The notes: generated by a model not told the origin, from the sequence alone. DNA of 19,252 bases from Candidatus Fraserbacteria bacterium (GCA_037443265.1 JBBIOR010000010.1:10827-30078), one strand, 5' to 3'; positions 9,998 to 18,097 are shown, counted from the first letter of the stretch. Translations and numbers: made by a program.

Positions 9998-10987
9998 CTA
10001 GAGCACCCGCAGAAGTTTTACGATGAGCCACGCCAGAAGCGCACAAACTGGCAGAGTCAGCAGCCAGGCCAGGATGATATTGAATCCCACTCCCCAGCGC
10101 ACGGCCGAGAGGCGTTTCGAGGCTCCAACGCCCATCACCGCAGCGCTGATCACATGAGTGGTGCTGATGGGTAGCCCCAAGAGGGAATTGGCCCAGATCA
10201 CGGAGGCGGCCGAGGTCTCCGCGCTGAACCCGTGAATCGGACGCAAGTGCGTCAACCTCATCCCCAAGGTCCGGATGACCCGCCAACCGCCGAAGGCCGT
10301 GCCCAAGCCCATGGCAAGGGCCGCCGCCACCTTCACCCAAAGCGGCACCACCAGCTCCGGCAGAAGCCCCGCGCTGAAGAGCGCCAGGGTGATCACGCCC
10401 ATCGTCTTCTGAGCGTCATTGCTCCCATGGCTGAAGGCCATATACGCGGCTGAGGCCACCTGCGCCGGCTTAAAGAACCGGGTGACCCGAGCGGGTGAAG
10501 CCTTCCAGACGATACGCGTGAGCAGGAGTATGAGCAGAAAGGCCATGATGAATCCCACCACCGGCGAGAGCAGAATCGCCCAAAAGATCTTGATCACGCC
10601 GCTCCATTTGACGATTTCGATCCCCCCGCTCCCCAGCCCCGCCCCCACCAACCCTGCCAAGAGCGCGTGGCTGGCGCTCACCGGAAGCCCGAGGTACGTC
10701 GCCAGCGAGTTCCAGCCGCTCGCGGCCAGCAGCGCCGCCATCAGCGTGATCTGCGTGACGCTTGCTGGGTCGAGGATCTTGCCCGCCACCGTCTCAGCCA
10801 CGCTGGTGCTGACGAGTGCACCCACCAGGTTGAGGGCGGCTGCCATAGCGACGGCCGCTCGTGGCGTAAGAGCCCGGCTCCCGACGGACGTGGCGATGGC
10901 GTTGGCCGCATCGTTGAACCCGTTGGTGAAATCAAAAAAGAGGGCTACCGCCACGGCGAGGATCACAAGTCCCATGACATCAGGCAT
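9998..10987 (-). CDS. pit: inorganic phosphate transporter (PiT/PHO4 family)
   Basis: Signature motifs NGFNDAANAIAT, HGSNDAQKTMG, PVSASH and PISTTH. Multiple TM helices; directly downstream of DUF47. Confidence 0.95.
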   Translation of the reverse strand: MPDVMGLVILAVAVALFFDFTNGFNDAANAIATSVGSRALTPRAAVAMAAALNLVGALVSTSVAETVAGKILDPASVTQITLMAALLAASGWNSLATYLGLPVSASHALLAGLVGAGLGSGGIEIVKWSGVIKIFWAILLSPVVGFIMAFLLILLLTRIVWKASPARVTRFFKPAQVASAAYMAFSHGSNDAQKTMGVITLALFSAGLLPELVVPLWVKVAAALAMGLGTAFGGWRVIRTLGMRLTHLRPIHGFSAETSAASVIWANSLLGLPISTTHVISAAVMGVGASKRLSAVRWGVGFNIILAWLLTLPVCALLAWLIVKLLRVL

Positions 10988-10991
10988 AAGC

Positions 10992-11615
10992 TCAAGCGTG
11001 CTTGAGTACGATGCTCTCTAGAATGTTGGCCACATCTTCGCAGCGATCCGTGGCTTCCTCGAGGATCTGATAGATCTCGTTCCACTTGATGAGGGCTATA
11101 GGGTCCTTCTCTTGCTCGAACAGGTGAGCTATAGATTCTCGTGCCAGTTGATCGGCTCTCTCTTCTATTTTCTTAATATCGATGCAATGCTGGTATATTT
11201 TATCATTGCCCATGGCGCTGAGCACCGCAACGCCACGGCAGATCTCTTCCATGGCTTGATGGATGAGCTCGGCCAACTCTTGAGCCGCGCGGGTGGGCTG
11301 GGGGATCTTGAAAAGCACCATCCGATCGGCCACCGCTTCGATCAGATCCACCACGTCATCGATGACCCCGGCCAGCCTGTGGATGTCCTCACGGTCAATA
11401 GGAGTGACGAACGTCTGATCGAGCCTGCGAATCAACTCGTGTGTGATCTCATCGCCTTGGTGCTCAATCGCTTTGATCTTCTTGGCCACATCCTGGGGAG
11501 CCTGATAGTGGGTCGTGAGTTCCACAAGGTGTTTGGCCCCTTCCCGTCCGTTCTGCGCCGCTTGGAGCAAAAGTTCGAAGAAGCGCCCCTCTTTGGGGAA
11601 GATCCCCTTCCACAT
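10992..11615 (-). CDS. DUF47 / PhoU-like Pit accessory protein
   Basis: Motifs IEHQGDEITH, TFVTPIDREDI, DDVVD, IEERAD and LEEATDRCEDVA. SD AAGGAGG; typical DUF47-pit operon. Confidence 0.93.
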   Translation of the reverse strand: MWKGIFPKEGRFFELLLQAAQNGREGAKHLVELTTHYQAPQDVAKKIKAIEHQGDEITHELIRRLDQTFVTPIDREDIHRLAGVIDDVVDLIEAVADRMVLFKIPQPTRAAQELAELIHQAMEEICRGVAVLSAMGNDKIYQHCIDIKKIEERADQLARESIAHLFEQEKDPIALIKWNEIYQILEEATDRCEDVANILESIVLKHA

Positions 11616-11678
11616 GTAGGCCTCCTTATCTCATCAAATCGAGAAAATGATGCAGACCTCTCAAAGCCGGACAACGGC

Positions 11679-11687
11679 ATTATAGCA
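11679..11687 (-). promoter_or_regulatory. extended -10 promoter for DUF47-pit
   Basis: Minus strand TGcTATAAT. Confidence 0.65.
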
Positions 11688-11711
11688 GAACTCTAGGGGC
11701 GGAGCGAAATT

Positions 11712-11741
11712 TTGCCGTTCCCAGCTTCTGCGTGCTATACT
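11712..11741 (+). promoter_or_regulatory. promoter for the EF-G paralog operon
   Basis: TTGCCG-N18-TATACT with a TG extension (TGcTATACT). Confidence 0.7.
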
Positions 11742-11759
11742 GCGTTTACGGAGGTTTTA

Positions 11760-11780
11760 ATGGGCACTACGGCAGGGTAG
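11760..11780 (+). CDS. putative leader peptide/uORF (MGTTAG)
   Basis: GGAGGT-ttta-ATG GGC ACT ACG GCA GGG TAG, between the promoter and the EF-G paralog SD. Confidence 0.4.
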   Translation: MGTTAG

Positions 11781-11806
11781 GAACGTGCAAACAGGAGGGA
11801 TAGAAC

Positions 11807-13777
11807 GTGGGGGAAGTACGCACCATCTGTCTTGTGGGTCACTCGGGAGCGGGCAAGACGACTCTGGTAGAGGCACTGCTTAGAACTGGCGGACTCGAAG
11901 CCCATCTCGATACCAGCCCCGAGGCCCAGGCCCGAGGCAGCTCGGTGGACTTGAACGTGGCCTGCTTCCAAAAGGGTGAGCAGTTGCTCAACCTCCTCGA
12001 TGCACCCGGTTTCGCAGAATTTATCGAAGAGACTTGCAAGGGGTTGCATGTGGCCGAGACGGCTGTGCTCGTCGTGAACGCAGAGAAGGGCATCGAGGTG
12101 CAGACGGAGCAGGCGTGGCGGCTCATCGAGAAGTTTGAGAAGCCGGCTCTGGCTCTCGTCCACCGAATGGATCTGCCCAACGCCAACTTTGCCAAAGTCG
12201 TCTCGGAGTTGTGCGAGCGGTTCGAAGCGCATTTTGCGCCCCTCCAATGGCCCATCCATTCCGGTGGGACATTCCTGGGCGTGATCGACTTGATCGAGCA
12301 GAAGGCGATTTATTTTGACGGTCGTGCGAGCGCAGTCCCTGCGGAGTTGGCGGAGACCGCCTCTTCCGGCCGTGAGGCGCTTCTGGAAGCCCTGGCCGAA
12401 GTGGATGATCAATTGCTCACGCACTTTTTGGAAGATCAGGCCATCCCTGTGGATGAGATTCGCCATGCCCTCAAGGAGGGGATCAAGCGGAGGGTGGTCA
12501 TCCCCGTGTTGGCCACGGCCAAAGACGCCCAGAAATCGCTCGAGCTGTTCTTGGAGATGGTCGTCCAGGCCACTCCTTCCGCCTCGGAATTGCATCCGGC
12601 TTCCGACTCGCTCAGCGGGCTGATCTTCAACGTGGCCTCGGATCAGTATCTGGGGGCCATGGCCTATGTGAAGCTCTACAGCGGGACGCTTTTCGAAGGC
12701 GGAGAGTTCATTAATATTCGCAGCAGAACGAAGGAGCGAGTCCGTGAGATCCTGCGCCCGATGGGAGATAGACTGCAGAAGATCCACCAGGCCGGAGCGG
12801 GCGAGATCATCGTGCTTACGAAGCTGAGTGCGTGCGCACTAGGGGAGACCCTGGCGGCTGACGAGAGTCAGGAGCCTCTGGCTTGGGTGGAGTTCCCCAA
12901 GCCGGTCTTCCCGCGGGCGATCGAGCCCCTCACCCAAGCCGATGAAGAGAAGATGAGCACGGCCTTGCGCGAACTCGTCCAGACGAAGGCCACGCTGGCC
13001 GTATGGCGTGATGACGTCACGAAGGAGACGATCTTCGCCGGTTTGGGCGATACGCAGCTAGCTGTCATGGTCGATCGCTTAAAGAATCGCTATGGGACGG
13101 GCGTGCGGCTCATCCGGCCGCGCGTGCCCTACAAAGAGACGATCACAAAACTGGCCCAGGGGCAGTACAAGCACAAAAAACAGACCGGCGGTCGCGGCCA
13201 GTACGGGGAAGTCCATCTACGCGTAGAGCCCCTGGAGCGCGGAGCGGGCTTCCAGTTCGTGGATGAGGTCAAAGGAGGCGTCATCCCCAGTCAATTCATT
13301 CCCGCCGTCGAGAAGGGCGTGGTGGAGGCGATGCAGGAGGGCATTTATAAATATCCCATCACGGATCTTCGCGTGGCGGTCTTCTACGGCAGCCATCACG
13401 AAGTCGACTCTTCTGAGATCGCCTTCAAGATCGCCGCGTCTCAGGCGTTTAAGCTGGCGATACAGAGCGCGCATCCTGTGCTGCTAGAGCCTCTCATGAA
13501 GCTCACGATTCACTCCCCGCGCGAGTTTACGGGAGACATCATGAGTAGTCTCTCCGGCAAGCGCGGCCGCATCTTGGGGATGGAGCCGGAGAGTAAAGAT
13601 CTCGAGCGCATCGAAGCCGAAGTCCCGCTGGCCGAAGTGCAAGATTACGCCTTGGAGCTCAAGTCGATCACCCAAGGGCGGGCGACGTTTCAGCTCGAGT
13701 TCGTGCGCTACCAGCCCGTGACATCCGAGAAGCTGACAGAAGAGCTCCTAAAGCGGGAGCGTCGGGATGGGCCATGA
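11807..13777 (+). CDS. elongation factor G paralog (EF-G2/FusA-like)
   Basis: P-loop GHSGAGKTTL, DAPG, domain III (AIEP..DEEKM, GLGDTQL), domain IV (PYKETI, HKKQTGGRGQYG, GSHHEVDSSEIAF) and domain V (LLEP, YALELKSITQGRA). GTG start with SD AGGAGG. Confidence 0.93.
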   Translation: MGEVRTICLVGHSGAGKTTLVEALLRTGGLEAHLDTSPEAQARGSSVDLNVACFQKGEQLLNLLDAPGFAEFIEETCKGLHVAETAVLVVNAEKGIEVQTEQAWRLIEKFEKPALALVHRMDLPNANFAKVVSELCERFEAHFAPLQWPIHSGGTFLGVIDLIEQKAIYFDGRASAVPAELAETASSGREALLEALAEVDDQLLTHFLEDQAIPVDEIRHALKEGIKRRVVIPVLATAKDAQKSLELFLEMVVQATPSASELHPASDSLSGLIFNVASDQYLGAMAYVKLYSGTLFEGGEFINIRSRTKERVREILRPMGDRLQKIHQAGAGEIIVLTKLSACALGETLAADESQEPLAWVEFPKPVFPRAIEPLTQADEEKMSTALRELVQTKATLAVWRDDVTKETIFAGLGDTQLAVMVDRLKNRYGTGVRLIRPRVPYKETITKLAQGQYKHKKQTGGRGQYGEVHLRVEPLERGAGFQFVDEVKGGVIPSQFIPAVEKGVVEAMQEGIYKYPITDLRVAVFYGSHHEVDSSEIAFKIAASQAFKLAIQSAHPVLLEPLMKLTIHSPREFTGDIMSSLSGKRGRILGMEPESKDLERIEAEVPLAEVQDYALELKSITQGRATFQLEFVRYQPVTSEKLTEELLKRERRDGP

Positions 13778-14184
13778 AGAAGCTCACCGTCAAGACCCGC
13801 CACGAGCGGGAATTTCTTGATATTACCGCCCAAGTCGAGAGGGCTATCCGCGAGCTCCATCTTGGAGGCGGGGCCTGCCTGCTCTACGTGCCCCACACGA
13901 CGGCGGGGATCACCCTCAACGAGAACGCCGATCCCGCCGTGAAAGAAGACATCCTCGCTGCGCTGGCCCGCTTAGTCCCAAAGGCGCTGAGCTATCAGCA
14001 CATTGAGGGCAACGCTCACGCGCACATTCAAGCAAGCTTGATTGGCCAATGCGTGCTCGTGCCTGTGGAAGAGGGAAGACTCCGCCTGGGGACGTGGCAG
14101 GGCGTGTTCTTTTGCGAGTTCGACGGCCCACGCGCGCGCGAGGTCTGGATCCTCCCCCTCGGCCGAAAGCCGCAAGAGAATTAA
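13774..14184 (+). CDS. yjbQ: YjbQ / UPF0047 family protein (secondary thiamine-phosphate synthase family)
   Basis: Motifs DIT, PHTTAGITLNEN.DP, YQH.EGNAHAHI and LGTWQGVFFCEFDGPR. ATGA overlap with the upstream gene. Confidence 0.95.
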   Translation: MKKLTVKTRHEREFLDITAQVERAIRELHLGGGACLLYVPHTTAGITLNENADPAVKEDILAALARLVPKALSYQHIEGNAHAHIQASLIGQCVLVPVEEGRLRLGTWQGVFFCEFDGPRAREVWILPLGRKPQEN

Positions 14185-15017
14185 TCCTGACGGCCAGTTC
14201 GATTTCGAGCTTTGTGAGAAACAGCGGAGCCATACCCCTCAAGATCCAGCGTGACCCGCTCGAACCCTAAAGCTTTAAGGTGAGTCGCAATCTCTTCCAA
14301 CAGACCCCGATCGAGGATCTTCTCCATCTCTTCGGGCGCGATCTCAATGCGAGCGAGTCTGTCATGGCAGCGGACGCGAACCTGGCGAAAGCCCCTCTGA
14401 CGTAGGAAATCCTCCGCTTGCTCGATCATCCTAAGCCTCCCCTTCGTGACGCGAAGACCATGCGGAATGCGCGAGGCCAGACAGGCCATGCTCGGCTTGT
14501 CCCACACGCTCAGTCCCAAGGCCTTAGCGATAGCCCGCACGCCCAGCTTATCCACACGATGCTCCAGCAGGGGCTGATAGACCCCCTGCTCTTGCATGGC
14601 CATAAGACCAGGCCGGTATTCACGCGCATCAGAAAGATTTGTACCAGAGGCAACGGTTTGGTAGCCCAGTTGTGTCGCGAGTCTCTTAAGATGGCCCATG
14701 CGCATGTGCTGGCAGAAATAGCAGCGATTCTCGGGATTCGACGAAAAACTCTCGCTGGCCAGTTCGCTAAACGAGATGACTCGATGTGCGATCCCGATCT
14801 CGAGGGCGGTCCTTTGAGCCTCTTCCAGCTCGCGGGTGGCCAGCGTCTCGCTGGCCGCCGTCACAGCCAACGCACGCTCTCCCAGAGCATGATGGGCGAG
14901 CGCGGCCACGACGCTCGAATCTACCCCCCCGCTGAAGGCCACCAGGATACTCCCTTTCTGCCTCATGGCCTCCACCATCTCGGCAATCTTACGGTGCACA
15001 TCCCAGCCTGGCGTCAT
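14181..15017 (-). CDS. larE: LarE-family PP-loop ATP-dependent sulfur transferase
   Basis: Motifs AFSGGVDSS, NPENRCYFC, GTN..D..EYRPG, WDKPSMACLASRIP, QVRVR.H..LARIE and VTLDLEGY. Confidence 0.9.
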   Translation of the reverse strand: MTPGWDVHRKIAEMVEAMRQKGSILVAFSGGVDSSVVAALAHHALGERALAVTAASETLATRELEEAQRTALEIGIAHRVISFSELASESFSSNPENRCYFCQHMRMGHLKRLATQLGYQTVASGTNLSDAREYRPGLMAMQEQGVYQPLLEHRVDKLGVRAIAKALGLSVWDKPSMACLASRIPHGLRVTKGRLRMIEQAEDFLRQRGFRQVRVRCHDRLARIEIAPEEMEKILDRGLLEEIATHLKALGFERVTLDLEGYGSAVSHKARNRTGRQD

Positions 15018-15025
15018 CGTGCGAG

Positions 15026-15055
15026 ATGATATCTTGCGCCAGGGCTCAAAATCAA
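15026..15055 (-). promoter_or_regulatory. promoter immediately upstream of larE (leaderless-type)
   Basis: Minus strand TTGATT-N18-TATCAT, then 8 nt to the ATG. No SD is present. Confidence 0.45.
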
Positions 15056-15118
15056 AAGACTTGACGCCTCGGTACTTTTGTGTTTAGCTTGCCGTAGAAG
15101 TTCAGGGAGGAGGAAGAG

Positions 15119-15502
15119 ATGCGCCCTGTATGGGAGATGTTGCTGATCCTGGCCTTGATCGTCAGCATCGGCCTGCTGGTCAGCCGGAGCGTCACAGAAA
15201 CGAGAGCCCAACAGGATCAACTAGAGGCAAAGATCCAAGAGCTCTTGCAGCGCGAAGAGGTCGCGTTGGCTGACTTCATCGAGGCCCTAGGAGAGCCTGA
15301 CGGTCTTTCGGTAGTGACTTGTGACGGGACCAAGTGCGTCCGAGCTTTCTGGGACCTCTCCTACGCGTTTAGGGAGTGCTGGAAGCGGCTGATCGTTGTG
15401 CTCCATGAGGAGAAGAAGCGGGTCTTCTTCGCGGAGACAAAAGAGCTGGTCGTGATTCAAAAGACGCCCGAGGAGACTCGGTGCGCACAGGTGCCGGAGT
15501 AG
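15119..15502 (+). CDS. hypothetical membrane-anchored/exported protein
   Basis: Strong SD GGAGGAGG, an N-terminal hydrophobic helix, a short coiled coil, an 'IEALGEPD' motif and four Cys. Confidence 0.75.
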   Translation: MRPVWEMLLILALIVSIGLLVSRSVTETRAQQDQLEAKIQELLQREEVALADFIEALGEPDGLSVVTCDGTKCVRAFWDLSYAFRECWKRLIVVLHEEKKRVFFAETKELVVIQKTPEETRCAQVPE

Positions 15503-15506
15503 ATCG

Positions 15507-15944
15507 CTAGCCACGCTGGATTTGCCCTTGAATTTCGTGCAGGAGGTCTATGACTCTTTGCTCAATCTGGTCGCGCACGGTCCGATAGAACTCGATGGGC
15601 TTCCCGAAGGGATCTTCGATGGCCCAGTCGCGCGCATCCCCCCGAAACGCCACCGGACAGATCTTCTCGTCAGAACATCCCATTGTGATCACATAGTCAT
15701 AGCCGAGTAGCTCTTCGGGCTGAATCCCTTTCGAGCGGTGCGTGGAGATGTCGATGGCTCTCTCTTGCATGACGGCCATGGCCTCTGGGTGAACGTAGCC
15801 TTCGGGCCGGGTGCCCGCGCTGGCGATCTCGACCTCGAGCCCAAATCTCTTGGCGTAATGCTTGGCAAACCCCTCGGCCATCTGGCTGCGACAGGAGTTG
15901 CCCACGCACACGAAGATGATCCGCTTGGCCCGCTCTTGCCTCAT
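15507..15944 (-). CDS. arsC: arsenate reductase ArsC / low-molecular-weight protein tyrosine phosphatase family
   Basis: P-loop FVCVGNSCRSQMAEG, SAGT, ITMGC...CP and W.IEDP. ATG 15944 is preferred to the track start at 15959. Confidence 0.88.
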   Translation of the reverse strand: MRQERAKRIIFVCVGNSCRSQMAEGFAKHYAKRFGLEVEIASAGTRPEGYVHPEAMAVMQERAIDISTHRSKGIQPEELLGYDYVITMGCSDEKICPVAFRGDARDWAIEDPFGKPIEFYRTVRDQIEQRVIDLLHEIQGQIQRG

Positions 15945-15950
15945 CGCTCC

Positions 15951-15956
15951 ATTATA
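15951..15956 (-). promoter_or_regulatory. -10 element directly upstream of arsC
   Basis: TATAAT-ggagcg-ATG (6-nt spacing). Confidence 0.55.
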
Positions 15957-15968
15957 CACCCTGCTTCA

Positions 15969-15997
15969 TTGACAGATCAGGCAGTGAGAAGTATGCT
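15969..15997 (+). promoter_or_regulatory. sigma70 promoter for the Nudix gene
   Basis: TTGACA-N17-TATGCT, ending 8 nt before ATG 16006. Confidence 0.7.
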
Positions 15998-16005
15998 AGA
16001 CTGAA

Positions 16006-16665
16006 ATGATGGGCAAGCCGTATTACTATATTGAGACAGACGGCATGGTATATCTGGTGCAGCGGGACGATCGCTGGACTCTGCCACACTCGCCCCAGGA
16101 GATTCCTTTTGAGTTCGAACCCCGCGAGACGATGATCATCGCCGGTCATGAAGTCTTCTACTGCGACCCTGAGCTGCCGCATCACCCTCGCGAATGGCAT
16201 CACAAAGACGAGATCCCCGGCTTAGAAAACGTCGATCCCTTGGTGCGACTGACGGTCCATCACACCCTGCCGCGCGTGGTGACAGAGGCCATCATCCACA
16301 AGGGGGATCAGTTCCTGCTCGTCAAGCCTTCCCGAGGTTTCAACGCGGGACAGTGGACCCTGCCTGGCGGCTTCGTCTCCTATGCGGAGTCACCCGCTGA
16401 GGCTCTCGAGCGCGAAGTGAAGGAAGAAGTGGGCACACCCTGCCGCGTCGGAAAGCTCCTGGGCATAGAGAGCTTCGTGGGGAAGAAATCGTTCTATACG
16501 TGGCACATGCTCTTCTACGAGGTGGAGCTTCTCTCAGAAGAATTTCGTCCGGCACCGGACGAGATCGAAGAAGTCTGCTGGTTCTCCCAACGGGAAGCGA
16601 GAAGCCTTCTTGAGGGCGCCAAGCGCAGAATCATCGAGAGGCTGTCCCACGCAGAAGGGGCTTAA
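16006..16665 (+). CDS. Nudix hydrolase with an N-terminal extension
   Basis: Nudix box WTLPGGFVSYAESPAEALEREVKEEVG (G-x5-E-x7-REUxEExG). Confidence 0.92.
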   Translation: MMGKPYYYIETDGMVYLVQRDDRWTLPHSPQEIPFEFEPRETMIIAGHEVFYCDPELPHHPREWHHKDEIPGLENVDPLVRLTVHHTLPRVVTEAIIHKGDQFLLVKPSRGFNAGQWTLPGGFVSYAESPAEALEREVKEEVGTPCRVGKLLGIESFVGKKSFYTWHMLFYEVELLSEEFRPAPDEIEEVCWFSQREARSLLEGAKRRIIERLSHAEGA

Positions 16666-18068
16666 CGGCTTGCCTGCTCAAAGGCGTAGGCTGCTCTGAG
16701 CATCTTCGATTCTTGCAGCTTGTTGGCGATGATTTGCAGCCCGAACGGCAGCCCTTCGACCGTGCCTGCGGGAATGGAGAGGGCGCAGACCCCAGCTAGG
16801 CTGACCGGCACTAGATAGACATCCGAGAGATACATCGCTAAGGGATCTTGAGTCCTCTCGCCGAGCTTGAAGGCTGGGGTGGGAGATGCGGGTGTGATTA
16901 AAACATCTGCTCTTTGGAAGGCTTCATCGAAGTCTTGCTGGATTAGGGCTCGCACTCTCTGGGCCTTGGCATACCATTGATCGTAGTAGCCTGCGGAGAG
17001 CGCATAGGTCCCGAGCATGATGCGTCGCTTCACCTCTGGGCCGAAGCCCTCGGCCCGGCTCCTTGAGAACATCGCTTCCACGGTCTCATCGTGCGTGCGG
17101 GTGCTGTAGCGCACACCGTCGTAGCGGGCCAGATTGGCGCTCGCCTCAGAGGCAGCTATGAGATAGTACGTTGGAATCGCGTACTCTGAGTGTGGCAGCG
17201 AGACTTCCCTAAGCTCAGCTCCTAAGCCCTCAAAGACGCGCAGCCAGTCGTCGACTCGCTGTCGGGCTTCCCCTGGGAGAGCGTCAACGAACTCGCACAC
17301 AATCCCCACGCGAAAGCCCTCGATGCCCTCTTCGAGACCGCGGGTGTAATCGACCCTGCCGTTGTCAATGGACGTGGAGTCCGCGGGATCGTGGCCAGCT
17401 AGGATGCTTAGAATGAGAGCTGCGTCGCGCACGTCTTTGGTGAGCGGGCCGATCTGGTCCAGTGACGAGGCATACGCCACAAGTCCATAGCGCGAAACGA
17501 GTCCATAGGTGGGCTTGAGGCCTACAACCCCGCAGAAGGCTGCGGGAAGGCGCACGGAGCCTCCAGTGTCCGTGCCCAACGCTGCAAGGGCCGTATGAGC
17601 CGCCACGGCCGCCGCTGAGCCGCCAGAAGATCCGCCGGGCACGCGCTCCAGATCGTGTGGATTTTTTGTGACATGGAAGCCGGAGTTCTCATTGGAAGAG
17701 CCCATGCCGAATTCATCCAGATTCGTCTTGCCCAAGATCGTAGCCCCGGCGGCTTTGAGTTTGGCAATGGCCGTCGCGTCGAAGATGGGCTGAAAATCTC
17801 TTAAAAATTTCGAGCCGCAGGTGGTGCGAAAACCTACGGTCGAGATCAGATCTTTGACCGCAATGGGGAGGCCCTTTAGGGGCTTATCCTGCAAGCGCTT
17901 CGCTTCTTCTAGCAAGCGCTCTTTGGCGGCGATTTCGAGATACGCTCTGATTTGGGGCTCTTTCGTTGCGATGGCGCGATAGAGATCTTCGATGACCTGC
18001 TCAAGCTGGATCTCACCCCCATCCAGAAGGGCGATGAGTTCATGGAGGCTCTTTTCGTTCAAGTTCAC
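16662..18068 (-). CDS. gatA: Asp-tRNA(Asn)/Glu-tRNA(Gln) amidotransferase subunit A
   Basis: Amidase signature (AVKD, GKTNLDEFGMGSS, PGGSSGGSAAAVAA, GTDTGGSVR) plus the GatA-specific SEASANLARYDGVRY and EVKRRIMLGTYALSAGYYD. GTG 18068 follows GGGAGAGG; the longer ORF-track start runs through a tRNA. Confidence 0.96.
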   Translation of the reverse strand: MNLNEKSLHELIALLDGGEIQLEQVIEDLYRAIATKEPQIRAYLEIAAKERLLEEAKRLQDKPLKGLPIAVKDLISTVGFRTTCGSKFLRDFQPIFDATAIAKLKAAGATILGKTNLDEFGMGSSNENSGFHVTKNPHDLERVPGGSSGGSAAAVAAHTALAALGTDTGGSVRLPAAFCGVVGLKPTYGLVSRYGLVAYASSLDQIGPLTKDVRDAALILSILAGHDPADSTSIDNGRVDYTRGLEEGIEGFRVGIVCEFVDALPGEARQRVDDWLRVFEGLGAELREVSLPHSEYAIPTYYLIAASEASANLARYDGVRYSTRTHDETVEAMFSRSRAEGFGPEVKRRIMLGTYALSAGYYDQWYAKAQRVRALIQQDFDEAFQRADVLITPASPTPAFKLGERTQDPLAMYLSDVYLVPVSLAGVCALSIPAGTVEGLPFGLQIIANKLQESKMLRAAYAFEQASR

Positions 18069-18097
18069 GGCCCTCTCCCCAGGGACAAAGACTCGGG

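Noticed and set aside
11616..11700. PHO box upstream of DUF47-pit
   Set aside because: No convincing 11-bp-periodic direct repeat is visible.
11735..12787. 350-aa antisense ORF
   Set aside because: It is a shadow of the EF-G paralog with no recognisable motifs; long antisense frames are expected at this GC content.
15951..15975. Third shared -35 bidirectional promoter (arsC/Nudix)
   Set aside because: The minus-strand CTGTCA lies only 13 nt from TATAAT, which does not fit sigma70 spacing.
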